This document shows positions 8,199-24,000 of a stretch of DNA of 24,437 nt, piece after piece. Source of the DNA: Elusimicrobiota bacterium (GTDB lineage Bacteria > Elusimicrobiota > Elusimicrobia > Elusimicrobiales > UBA9959). The DNA lies in contig JBAXKK010000034.1 of the NCBI GenBank assembly GCA_037137395.1, forward strand, positions 1 to 24,437, written 5' to 3'. The notes under the pieces are model-generated. The model ran no database searches. It was not told the DNA's origin and worked only from the letters and a program-made list of their open reading frames with translations. The first letter of the stretch is position 1. Every line of letters starts with the position of its first letter. The position numbers and the translations under genes are program-made.

Positions 8199-9077
8199 AT
8201 GCTGTTACCCCGTTCCATAAAAAACAGAGAAGCCTTCACCCTGCTTGAAGTGATGGTGGTGGTGGCGGTGCTGGGCGCGGTGACAGTGATAGCGTCGCCA
8301 AAAATAGCCGGATTTTTTGTAAAGACAAAGTCCACGCAGTGCGGTGTAACCCGGGCTATTGTTGAGCGGGCCGAAGAGCGCTACCGCTTTGAGCACAGCG
8401 GTCTGCCCAGCGCGTCACTGGACGAGCTCAGGCAGACCCTGTATATCGACCGTGTCCCCAAATGCTCGGCTGGCGGGCAATATATCTGGATAAGTACCGC
8501 CAACCCGGTCAGCATGGGCTGCTCGGTGCATAACTGGCCTTACCCCGTGCCCCCGGCCGTGGCCGCGCTTTACGCCTCTGATTTCAACGATTTAAATGGC
8601 CTTACAAGACTGACGGGCCAATGGGCGATTCAAAGCGGGATGCTGTCCAATACTGTACAAAACGCCCAGATATTTTTCGGCACCTCTACCTGGAAGGATT
8701 ATTCTCTCACCACCACAGCCATGATAACCGAAGGCAGCGGCTGGGGAATTTATTACCGCGCCAACGGCAAAACCGCAATGACCGGTTATATTTTTCAATA
8801 CGACGCGGTTAAAAAAAGTTTTACGGTAAAAACCATGGTTAACGGTGTTGAATCCAATCCTATCCAGACTGTTAAAATGCCTGCCGGATTCCCCCTTTAC
8901 TCCACGCCCCATCAGGTAACTCTTAATTTATTGGGCGCGACGCAGAATGTTTTCGTGGATAACCAGCTTATAATGAGCTTTTCAGATTCTACCTTTACCT
9001 CGGGCGGCGCGGGGTTCCGGACTTGGGGGACCGGAAATCAGACCAGCTTTGATTCCGTGCAGGTGACACCACTATGA
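8199..9077 (+). CDS. Type IV prepilin 2 with C-terminal ConA/LamG-like (DUF1080-like) beta-sandwich domain
   Basis: Leader ...KNREA|FTLLE. Tip domain has WKDYSLTTT...GWGIYYRA...YIFQY...HQVTL...VFVDNQLI...D...SGGAGFRTW...FDSVQV, the pattern of lectin-like jelly-roll domains. Confidence 0.88.
   Translation: MLLPRSIKNREAFTLLEVMVVVAVLGAVTVIASPKIAGFFVKTKSTQCGVTRAIVERAEERYRFEHSGLPSASLDELRQTLYIDRVPKCSAGGQYIWISTANPVSMGCSVHNWPYPVPPAVAALYASDFNDLNGLTRLTGQWAIQSGMLSNTVQNAQIFFGTSTWKDYSLTTTAMITEGSGWGIYYRANGKTAMTGYIFQYDAVKKSFTVKTMVNGVESNPIQTVKMPAGFPLYSTPHQVTLNLLGATQNVFVDNQLIMSFSDSTFTSGGAGFRTWGTGNQTSFDSVQVTPL
8238..8539 (+). repeat. Pilin constant-module repeat, copy 2
   Basis: Identical to copy 1 by manual comparison. 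Confidence 0.92.
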
Positions 9078-9964
9078 AAAATATAATTATCAGTACGCGA
9101 AGGCGTCCCGGATTCACCCTGCTTGAAGTGATGGTGGTGGTGGCGGTGCTGGGCGCGGTGACAGTTATAGCGTCGCCGAAAATAGCCGGAGTTTTTGTAA
9201 AGACCAAGTCCACGCAGTGCGCGGTCAACCGGGTAATTATGGAGAGGGCCGAAGAGCGCTACCGCTTTGAGCACAGCGGTCTGCCCAGCGCGTCGCTGGA
9301 CGAGCTCAGGCAAACCTTGTATATCGACAGGGTCCCGAAATGTTCGGCTGGCGGACAGTATATCTGGATAAGCACCGCCAACCCGGTCAGCATGGGCTGC
9401 TCGGTGCACAACTGGCCTTATCCCGTACCCCCGGCGGTGGCCGCGCTTTACGCTTCGGATTTTAACGACATGACGGGCCTCAAGATACTTATGGGAGGCT
9501 GGAGCACAGCCTCAGGAAGCCTGGTAAACATAACTCCGAATACTGAGTCCCGCGTTTTTTTCGGTACCTCAACCTGGAAAGACTATTCGCTTACCGCCAC
9601 CGCCACGCTTTCAAGCGGCAACGGCTACGGGATATACTATCGGGCTGACGGCAAGACGAATATCACCGGCTATTGCTTTCAGTACGACCCGGGTTGGCAT
9701 AATACATTTGTGGTGCGAAGGGTGATAAACGGCCATGAGGAATCCCAGCCCTTTAAGTCTGTGTCGATGCCGGTCGGATTCCCCATTTATTCCACGCCTC
9801 ACCAAATAACCATAACTGTCGTGGGAGCAACGCAGAAAATATATGTAGATAATCAGCTCATAATGAGCTTTTCAGATTCCACCTTTATCTCGGGCGGCGC
9901 GGGGTTTCGCACCTGGAGCGGGATTAGCGCCGGCTTCGATTCCGTGCAGGTGACACAGCTTTAA
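9074..9964 (+). CDS. Type IV prepilin 3 with C-terminal ConA/LamG-like (DUF1080-like) domain
   Basis: Leader ...RRRPG|FTLLE. ATGA overlap with pilin 2. Tip domain is paralogous to that of pilin 2. Confidence 0.88.
   Translation: MKNIIISTRRRPGFTLLEVMVVVAVLGAVTVIASPKIAGVFVKTKSTQCAVNRVIMERAEERYRFEHSGLPSASLDELRQTLYIDRVPKCSAGGQYIWISTANPVSMGCSVHNWPYPVPPAVAALYASDFNDMTGLKILMGGWSTASGSLVNITPNTESRVFFGTSTWKDYSLTATATLSSGNGYGIYYRADGKTNITGYCFQYDPGWHNTFVVRRVINGHEESQPFKSVSMPVGFPIYSTPHQITITVVGATQKIYVDNQLIMSFSDSTFISGGAGFRTWSGISAGFDSVQVTQL
9116..9417 (+). repeat. Pilin constant-module repeat, copy 3 (diverged)
   Basis: About 24 substitutions versus copies 1/2 by hand count (~92% identity), mostly synonymous; 5 amino-acid changes. 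Confidence 0.9.
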
Positions 9965-9997
9965 TAATTCGGACATTAATGACTTGTAAAGGACATT

Positions 9998-12796
9998 ATG
10001 CCACAAGAGGAAAAAACCAGAGAACAATTTATTGAAGAAATAAAACTTCTTCAGGAGCGTCTGGCCCGGCTGACACCAGCCGGCGCCGGGACTAAGTCCG
10101 GAGAAGAGGTCCGGGAGCGCGAAGGCTTAGCGCAGACTGTTTTAGATGGGCTGCCGTTCCTTGCCTGGCTGAAAGATGATAGAGGCCGGTTTATCGCCGT
10201 AAACAATAGTTTCGCCGCAGCCTGCTCTCAGCCCGGCGCGGCGGCGGTCATAGGAAAAACCGATCTTGATGTCTGGCCCAGGGAGCTTGCCGAGGCCTAC
10301 CGCGCGGATGATGCCGAAGTGATGGGGAAGCGCGCGAGAAAAAATGTGGAAGAGCTGGTCGCTGACCAGGGGATTACGAAATGGTTTGAAACATTTAAGA
10401 CTCCTGTAATTGACGCGCAGGGGCGCCTGTCCGGGACCTTCGGTTTTTCCCGCGATATCACCGGGCGTAAACAGGCTGCGCTTGAATCCATGCGTCAGGC
10501 GGCCCTGATCAATTCTCTCCTGGATTCCATCCCCGATATAATATTCTTTAAGGATGTCAACGGCGTTTATCTGGGGTGCAATCCGCCTTTCGCCAGGTTC
10601 GTGGGCCGCCTTAGAGAAGAAATTATCGGAAAGACGGATTATGAGTTATTTGATAAAGAGGTGGCCGCCTTTTTCAGGGATCAGGATAAGCGGATGCTTG
10701 AGGTTAATAAGTCGCGCCATAACGAGGAATGGGTTACTTATCCCGACGGTGGCAAATTCCTTCTTGACACTATTAAGACGCCTTACCGGGGGCCGGAGGG
10801 TGAGCTGGTAGGTATATTAGGCCTTAGCCGCGACATAACCGAGCGCAAGCGCACTGAAGCCTTTGGCGAGGAGCTGCTGATGCTCTCCACCCAATTGGCC
10901 GGTATTACTGCCGCCGGAATTCCGGACGCGCTAAACATGGCGCTGCAAAAGATCGGCCGCTTTCTTTCCGCCGACAGGTCTTATATCTTTGAAATCAATT
11001 CTGCTAAAGATACCATGAGCAATATGTATGAATGGTGCTGCGAAGGGATACGTCCTGAAATTGGAAACCTTCAAAACATCCCCTGCGGTACGCTGCCGAT
11101 GTGGATGGCGGCGCTTAAAAGGCGCGACAATATTGTTATACCTTCGGTGAGCGACCTGCCGGACGCCTGGCGGACTGAGCGGAAGATTTTGGAACCGCAG
11201 GGCATACAGTCGCTTTTTGTGATCCCGGTCGTGTCCGAGGGCGGCTTTATTGGTTTTGTCGGGCTGGATTTCGTGCGGGAAAAGAAAGAATTGAATGTCG
11301 CCGAGGTGAATCTTCTTACCGTCTGGAGCCGCCTGCTCTCTGGGTTAATGAGCAACCAGCGCTCTGAGCAGCTTCTGGAGAAGGTCCGCAAAAATTACCA
11401 GACCTTTTTTAACAGCATCAACGATTTCCTTTTTGTCCTGGACGAAAGAGGGAACATCCTGCACGCAAACGATACGGTTATTAATCGGCTGGGGTATACT
11501 AAAGAGGAGCTTTTAGGCTTATCGGTTCTGATGGTCCACCCTCCGGCGCGCAGGGAAGAAGCCGGCCGTATCGTCGGTGAAATGCTGGCGGGCACCGCCG
11601 AATTTTGCCCGGTGCCGCTTGTCACTAAAACCGGCGGTCAGATTCCGGTGGAAACAAGGGTGACCCGCGGCTTCTGGAACGATAAGCCGGCTGTTTTTGG
11701 CGTTACTAAGGATATGTCCCAGATAAAACTATCCGAAGAAAAATTTTCCAAAGCGTTTCATTCAAATTCAGCCCTGATGGCGATAAGCAATATTGACGAC
11801 GGACGCTTTATGGACGTTAACCAGGCTTTTCTTAAAACGCTGGGGTTTTCGCGCGATGAAGTGATCGGCAAAACCTCCGCGGAGCTCCAGCTCTTCTCCG
11901 GCGCGGAAAAGCGCGGAGAGCTTGTTGAGAAGATAAAACAGGGAAAGACCGTGCAGGATATTGAAATAGTGGTGCGAACAAAAGACGGTTCGCTGAAGGA
12001 CGGCTTATTCTCAGCTGATGTCGTTTACATCGGGAAAGACAGATGCCTGCTGACAGTAATGGTTGATATAACAAAGCTCAAGCAGGCTGATCGGGCATTA
12101 AAGGAAACAGCTGAAATAAAGTCAAAATTCGCTTCTATGGTTTCCCATGAGCTGCGGAGCCCGCTGACAGCTGTTACTATGGGGATCAGCCTTGTAATGG
12201 AGGAGGCGGGCGGCCTGAGCGCGAAACAGAAGACCCTGCTTGAACTTGCCCAAAACAATATAAGCAGGCTCAGCCGGTTGATTAACGATGTTATGGATTT
12301 TCAGAAAATGTCGGCCGGAAAAATGACTTTTGATATCCGCGATAACGATATCGGCGATTTAATCAGGACAACAGTACGGAACATGGACCTTCTGGCGAAA
12401 AGCAAAGGGCTGGAGATGGTCGTGGATGCGGGCGATAATCTTGCGCGCGCGGTATTTGACAGAGATAAAATTACGCAGGTGCTTACGAATCTGCTGAGCA
12501 ACGCTATAGCGTATACGGAAAAAGGAACCATTACCATTCGCGCCGCCCATGACGGCGCTATGCTGCATGTTTCGGTCCGGGATACGGGTTCGGGCATTAA
12601 GTCAGAGGATCTCCCTAAACTGTTTCAGGCTTTTGAACAGCTGGACAGCAGCGGGAAGAAGGGCGGTACGGGCCTGGGGCTGGCGATCTCAAAAGAGATA
12701 ATCTTCGCCCATAACGGGAAGATATGGGCGGAGTCGGAACCAGGCAAAGGGGCGGTGTTTCATTTTACCCTGCCCATAAATAGGGCCGCGGCTACT

Positions 12797-12802
<6 letters not shown>
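9998..12802 (+). CDS. Soluble sensor histidine kinase, PAS-PAS-GAF-PAS-PAS-HisKA-HATPase
   Basis: Repeated PAS/PAC motifs (IGKTD...RDIT.RK); GAF (ADRSYIF...YEWC...GFVGLD); H-box SMVSHELRSPL; N-box NLLSNAI; G1 DTGSGI; G2 GGTGLGL. No TM segment seen. SD AAAGGA, 33 bp after pilin 3. Confidence 0.95.
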
Positions 12803-18142
<5,340 letters not shown>

Positions 18143-18219
18143 CGGAATTCTGTTGCCTATTAATAATTATGATACCAAAAAGGACGGGACAATGCTAAAC
18201 CCTGCCCGGCTTATACTTA

Positions 18220-18228
18220 TGGTATAAT
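18220..18228 (+). promoter_or_regulatory. Extended -10 promoter (TGnTATAAT) for the SPFH gene
   Basis: TGGTATAAT at 18220-18228, ending 8 nt before ATG 18237. Confidence 0.6.
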
Positions 18229-18236
18229 CATGGTTC

Positions 18237-19106
18237 ATGGAAGAGGATCATATAGACATTGACGCTTTGCTTAAAAATCTGAAAAATAAATATTCCGGAG
18301 GCATTCACATGGAAAAAGATCTTACCGCCAAGATAACGGCAGTAGTCATAGCCGGCGCTATCGCGATTGTTCTGTTGGGTTCGTTCTTTATAGTCTCACC
18401 CGGTGAGGTGGCCATAAAGGCCCGTCTTGGCAAAATCGTGGATTCCTATGAAGAGGGCCTGCACTTCAAGGTGCCCCTGATGGAATCCATCATAAAATTC
18501 TCAATTCAGATACAGCGCGCCGACATAAAGACCCAGGCTTTTTCCAAAGACCTGCAGACCATGAACGTGCATCTGGTGGTAAATCATCGCATACAGAAAG
18601 GCACCGTAATCAGTATTTACAGAAACCTGGGCCCCAGTTATGTTGAAACCGTCGTGGATCCAACCGTGCAGGAGATTTTTAAATCAATAGCCGCGCAATT
18701 CTCAGCCGAACGGATCATCGCCGACAGAAATGTTCTGGTTGAACAGATAAATGTAAGCGCCAAAGAGAAGCTGATGAAGCAGGAGATTATCGTCACCGAT
18801 ATCTCGGTCGTGGACCTGGACTTTACCGAACAGTTCCTTAAGGCCGTGGAGGACAAGCAGGTGGCTGACCAGCAGGCCCAGATGTCCGGCAAACTCGTTG
18901 AGAAGGCCAAGCGCGACGCCGAGCAGCAGATTGCCAAATCCCGCGGCGAGGCTGAGGCGCTGCGCATGCAGAGGGAGCAGGTTACCCCCTCCCTTATCGA
19001 GCTGCGCAAAGTTGACGCCCAGCTGAAGGCCATAGAAAAATGGAACGGCGTCCTGCCCGGCTATGTGGGCGCTGGCGTGCCTTTCATTTCCATAGAGAAA
19101 AAATAA
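18237..19106 (+). CDS. SPFH/band-7 (prohibitin-like) membrane protein
   Basis: N-terminal TM segment, GSFFIVSPGEVAI...EGLHFKVP...SKDLQ...FTEQFLKAVEDKQVA...A.GEAEA...IEKWNGVLP. Alternative start at 18309 has SD GGAGG. Confidence 0.92.
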   Translation: MEEDHIDIDALLKNLKNKYSGGIHMEKDLTAKITAVVIAGAIAIVLLGSFFIVSPGEVAIKARLGKIVDSYEEGLHFKVPLMESIIKFSIQIQRADIKTQAFSKDLQTMNVHLVVNHRIQKGTVISIYRNLGPSYVETVVDPTVQEIFKSIAAQFSAERIIADRNVLVEQINVSAKEKLMKQEIIVTDISVVDLDFTEQFLKAVEDKQVADQQAQMSGKLVEKAKRDAEQQIAKSRGEAEALRMQREQVTPSLIELRKVDAQLKAIEKWNGVLPGYVGAGVPFISIEKK

Positions 19107-19133
19107 ACTTATCGGTTTTGAGCAGTCAAAAAC

Positions 19134-19167
19134 AAAAGAGCCGGGGTTATCCCCCCGGCTCTTTTTT
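19134..19167. terminator. Bidirectional Rho-independent terminator
   Basis: AAAAGAGCCGGGG-TTATCC-CCCCGGCTCTTTTTT lies between the convergent SPFH and ABC-F genes, with A/T tracts on both sides. Confidence 0.88.
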
Positions 19168-19230
19168 AATACGCCTAAATCAGCGCAACTAATTATTCCT
19201 GGCGTACTTTCTTGCTGCCGTACTGCCGCG

Positions 19231-21033
19231 CTACTTTTGCAATCCGGACCATCTAGCGATAAGGGTTTCCACTTTACGGAGGGTGGCATCCAGTTTTTTC
19301 TGACGTTCCGCCAGCTCTTCGGAGTCGGTAGCTATGGATGCGTCTTCAAGGGCCTCACGGGCTTTTTCCGCCTGGTTCTCGGCGGTTTGTATCTCAGTTT
19401 CCAGGTTCCTAAGAGAGTTCTTAAGTTCCCTTGTCTCTTTGGCGGAAGATGCCGGCTGGGTATCCCCGGCGGCTGGCTCAGAAGCGGGCGGCGGCGCGTT
19501 CTCCCGCTGCTCCGCCATCCAGTTCTCCCATTGCGGGAGTTCGGCAAAATAATGAGCGTTGCCCCGGCCATCCAGCGCCAGCAGCCGCAGGCTCACCCGC
19601 TCCAGCAGATAACGGTCGTGTGTGACCAGGACCAGAGCGCCGGGGAATTCCTGCATGCTTGATTCAAGCACCTCAAGAGATTCAAGGTCCAGGTCATTAG
19701 TGGGTTCGTCCAAAAGAAGCACATCGGCGGGCTTAAGCATAAAGCCGGCTATAAGTACGCGGGCCTGCTCTCCGCCGGAGAGCAGATGCAGCGGCATATC
19801 CAGCTGTTCCTGCCGAAATAAAAACCGCGAGGCCCAGCCGCGCACGTGTATGGCGCTGCCCTTGTACACGACGTGCTCTCCGTTGCCTGCCAGCGCCTGT
19901 TTAAGGGTGAGATTCAGGTCCAGCTGTGCGCGATGCTGGTCGAAGGTTACAACCCGCAGGCCTTCGGCCCGCTTCAGGGTTCCAGAGTCTGGAGGCAGCT
20001 GTCCCGCCAGCATTTTAAGCAGGGTGCTCTTGCCCGAACCATTTCCGCCCAGCAGTCCCAGTTTATCTCCGGGGCCCAGGGTGAGGTCCAGCGGGCCGAA
20101 CAATTTGCGCCCGCCCATGCTCTTTTCCGCGTTCACCGCGTATATCAGACGGTTGGCCTGGCGGTCCCCGGCCGTGAAATCTATGTCGGCGGCCCGGCCC
20201 TGCGCGTTATGGTACTCTAATCCTGAAAGTTCATTTATAAGCTCGCCGGCCCGGTCTATGCGGGCCTTCTGCTTGGTGGCGCGGGCCCGGGGGCCTTTGC
20301 GCAGCCAGGCAATTTCCCCCCGCACAATATTGCGCACCGAGTCTTCCCGCGCGGCTTGGGCGTCAAAGAAGGCTTCTCGGTTTTCCAGAAATTGGCTGTA
20401 GTTGCCGGGGCTGCTGAAGTGCCCCTGGGGATAGCGCTTGTTCAGCTCTATTACGCGGTTGGTGACGCGCTCAAGGAATCGGCGGTCATGCGTGACTACC
20501 AGAAATGAAAACTTCAAATCGGAGATGAACCGCTCCAGCCAGAGCACGCCCTCGATATCAAGGTGGTTGGTGGGCTCGTCCAGCAGCAGAAGGTCAGGCT
20601 CGCGCGCCACCTGGGCGAGTATCGCCAGGCGCTTGCGCCATCCGCCTGAGAGCGCCGCCACCTGTTGTGATGGATCGCTGAAGCCGGCGGCGGCAATGCC
20701 GGCGTCAGCGCGGATGTCTACTTCATAATCCTGCAGGCCAAGGCCCTGCAGGGCCTGGACTACTTCCTCGCGCACGCTCCAGCCCGAGGGAGCCAGCTCA
20801 AAGCGGTCCTGCTGTGACAGGTACCCCAGGCGCAGGCCGCGCCTGGGCGTAACCGCGCCGGAGTCCTGCGCCTCGCGGCCGGCCAGTATTTTAAGCAGAG
20901 TGGATTTTCCGGCGCCGTTGGGCCCGATGAGCCCGGTGCGCTCTCCCTCTGAGAGCCCGAAGGACAGGTTCTCGAACAGCGGCCGCGGGCCGAAGGTTTT
21001 GGAAAGATTTTGACAGCTAAGCAGTATGGCCAT
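19231..21033 (-). CDS. uup: ABC-F family ATPase, Uup-like
   Basis: Two ABC domains (GPNGAGKST/LSGGWRKR/LLLDEPTNHLD; GGNGSGKST/LSGGEQAR/LLLDEPTNDLD). Linker EIAWLRKGPRARATKQKARI and a C-terminal coiled coil ending ...ARW are typical of Uup. No TM segments. Confidence 0.88.
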   Translation of the reverse strand: MAILLSCQNLSKTFGPRPLFENLSFGLSEGERTGLIGPNGAGKSTLLKILAGREAQDSGAVTPRRGLRLGYLSQQDRFELAPSGWSVREEVVQALQGLGLQDYEVDIRADAGIAAAGFSDPSQQVAALSGGWRKRLAILAQVAREPDLLLLDEPTNHLDIEGVLWLERFISDLKFSFLVVTHDRRFLERVTNRVIELNKRYPQGHFSSPGNYSQFLENREAFFDAQAAREDSVRNIVRGEIAWLRKGPRARATKQKARIDRAGELINELSGLEYHNAQGRAADIDFTAGDRQANRLIYAVNAEKSMGGRKLFGPLDLTLGPGDKLGLLGGNGSGKSTLLKMLAGQLPPDSGTLKRAEGLRVVTFDQHRAQLDLNLTLKQALAGNGEHVVYKGSAIHVRGWASRFLFRQEQLDMPLHLLSGGEQARVLIAGFMLKPADVLLLDEPTNDLDLESLEVLESSMQEFPGALVLVTHDRYLLERVSLRLLALDGRGNAHYFAELPQWENWMAEQRENAPPPASEPAAGDTQPASSAKETRELKNSLRNLETEIQTAENQAEKAREALEDASIATDSEELAERQKKLDATLRKVETLIARWSGLQK

Positions 21034-21070
21034 GGAGTGTCGCGCTATTACTGTCCCCGGAATTGGGGAA

Positions 21071-24000
21071 TCATTTTATATACCAGTAACTTCCGGAAAA
21101 TGTTTTTGATATCTTTAGTTTTCCGCCTGCTTCGCCGGAGAGCTCCTCGCAGACTTTTGATTTCTCCTCGTGCTTCAGATTACGCTTGAAGATGCGGCTG
21201 GTAATAGTCACGTCGTAGCAGGCTTGGTATTTGCCGGAGCCGCTTTCTATTTTAAGGCCGGAAAGGCTGTACCTTATCTCGTCGTAAAGCCGGAAGTTAT
21301 TGCTCAGATTCTCTTCCAGATCGGATAAAGCGGTGCCGTCTCCGGCGCTCCAATCGTCAGAAATAAGACTCATAACCTGCGGAGCGTTGCGGGATTCGTA
21401 GGCGGCGCGGAACTTTTCGTAAAAGGCCGTAATTTCTTCAGCGCTGCCCTTAATGAATTCCACCGTGAAATAATCCCCGTTCGCGGGCCAGCTGGCGGCC
21501 TCGTTGCCGTCTTTCATTATCGGCGTTACCGCTATGATGTACCTTGTCCCGGCTTTGGGCTTGAAGGAATAGCTGAAAGCTTCCCCCACGGCCAGCGGGA
21601 TATTCGCGCCCTGCCCGGTCAGAGAAAGGTTAAGGGCGGTGACCGCGCCGAGCGTTGCGGGGTAAAGTCCGCCTTTGATTACAATTTCACCGTTCACCAG
21701 ATCCTTATCTCCGAACTCTATGGATTCCGAAGCGTTTTGGCGTATGGGCCTTCCGTTGAGCGAAAGACTGTTTACCGGAGAGGCTTTCTGCATGGCTGAT
21801 TCCATCTGCTTGCTTTTGGCGTCACCCATTTCCCGGTAAGCCTGCCAGACCTGAGAAGAACATTTCCATTTCTTTTCATTCAGATCCGTGCGGGCATCCA
21901 TCAGATCGCGCTGGTACGCGCCCTGCGCGTCTTTATCGTCGGCCGTTTTGTATTTATTGAACACCGCGGTCATGTTCCGCTCTTTAGCCTTTATTTTCTC
22001 TATTTCCCGGGCATAGGCGGCGCGCGTAGCGTCCATTAATGCGGCGGAAAGGGAGGACGCGTTGCCTATATAGAGCTGGTAGTTATCCGCTGGCTGTGTA
22101 AGCCAGGCTAGCGCGTCGCGTACTGGTTTCGCCTCCGTAAATACGCGCAGCAGCTCTGCGGCGTCCATGGTTTTTGTCGTTATCCGCTCCGCTTCAGTCT
22201 CAGCCTTTTTTATGGCTTCGGCAAAAACCTTGTGACGGCGCTCCAGCTCAAGTTCCTTAAGACCGGCTATTTTTTCGGTGAACTCCTTTAGCACGGCTTC
22301 GTGGCCCTCAAGGGATTTATAAAAAGGATATTTATCCGAGTCCCAGACCTTTATATTCCCCTGCTTGTACGACATATATTCCGACGGGTCGTAGCCCTTC
22401 GTCTTGTCCGACAGCAGAGTAAGCGCCCCGCTGAAAAAATCCTGGAACAGGCTTTTGAAATGTGTGTTGTAGTAGTCGCTGGCGTTAAACCTGCGCAGAT
22501 CTATGGTGTCTCCCGACTTGGTTGTTATCAGATAAGCTTTTTCCACTTCCGTGGCTGAGGGTTTGATCAGGTTCAGGAAGGCTATATTGAGGTTGAGCTG
22601 CTTTTCCTCCGTGCGGTTCTTGTCTGTCAGCTGCGCCATGCGCCGGCGGAGTTCGTTTATTATTCCTTCGCCCAGTGGCGCGTATTTATCCGCTAGGGAG
22701 GCCTGCACCCGGGAGCTGCCGTCGGTAAGGCTTTTCATTATATTGGCATCCAGCTGCGCCCCGTAGTATGATGCCAGGTTGTAGTCCCTGGCGTAGCGGT
22801 CGGAATAGGACGCGTAATCCTGCGTCAGTTTCTGTTCGTAGGCTTTAGTGAAGTCCTGTATCTCCCGGGTCTTTAATTCAAGCTGGTTGATGACAGTGCC
22901 CAGGAAGCCAAGATATGTTTTGCAGCCGGCCACTTTTTTGACCGCGTCTTCCGATTTAAGAAAGGAGAGCGAAAAGTAGCAGGCGTCGCCTTCCTTTGCA
23001 GCTGTGAGATCCGGGGCCATAGCGCCGCTTATTTCGGTCAGCTTATCCCCAGGTTTCTGGGCGGAAAGCATTTGCATCCTGTAATTCTCAAGTTCCCCTT
23101 TGAGTTTCCCTCCAAGGTCGCTCAGGTTGTTTTTTATCTGGGAGATATCCTGGGCGAAGCGTTCGTTTGCCCGGTTGCACTCAGCCGCTTCCCCGGGTGT
23201 TTTGCTGGCGGCTGCGCAATTAAGGTAGGCCTGCTGCGCGCCGGCAAATATATTGTCTCCGGCTTCGACAAATGTTGAAGCCGCCATATCCCCGAATAGC
23301 AGCTTGTCCGCGCAGCTTTTGTATGCTGAATAAAAAACTGAAAAATCCACCGTGCGCTGGTTCTCCGTGTTTCTTCCAGCGTTAAGCAGCTTGATAGACT
23401 GGCCTATGGGTCCGCTGCCGGGCTGGGACGGTATGACTACGACGGGGGCCTCAGGTTTTACCTCCGGCTTTGGCTGGGCGCCGGGCGTTACGCCCGGAGT
23501 GACTGTGGGATTGGCTGGCTTTTCCGCGGGTTTTATGGCAGGCGGCTCCTTTTTTTCTTCTTTCTTCTGGCCGGCGTTATTGGCCGCGGTGCGCACGGAG
23601 GACGCAAAACTATTGTTTGAGCTGTTGAACAGAAAGGCCTTTACCGAGGCTGCGCTTACGTCCATACCAGCGGCCATCAGATAGTCGCGGGCCGCTTCAA
23701 CTCCGGATTTTGCTTCCGCGTGCATCAATTTAAGTTTTTGCACCACTATTTTTTGCGCGTCTTTTCTGCCTGCCAGCGCGCGCTCAACCTTGGCCAGGAC
23801 GGCGAAGCGCTGCAGGAAGGCGTTATAAAATTCTTCCTCCTGCTTTTTTCGCTCGGAATACGCGATATTCATGTCGACTCCGCCGCCATTTATAACATCG
23901 TTTACGAATGCGTTATACTTAGCTTTCAGTTCCGCCGTGGTTTTTGACGGGTCTATTACCGCGGTCCTGAACTCCTGCATATGCTGCGCTTTGTAGAAAT

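Noticed and set aside
7418..8396. Duplicated 63-aa minus-strand ORFs (7418-7609, 8205-8396)
   Set aside because: Antisense shadows of the repeated pilin module.
7415..9964. Diversity-generating retroelement or shufflon explanation for the pilin repeats
   Set aside because: No reverse transcriptase or site-specific recombinase in the window. The repeats are direct, cover the constant rather than the variable region, and the differences are mainly synonymous rather than adenine-specific.
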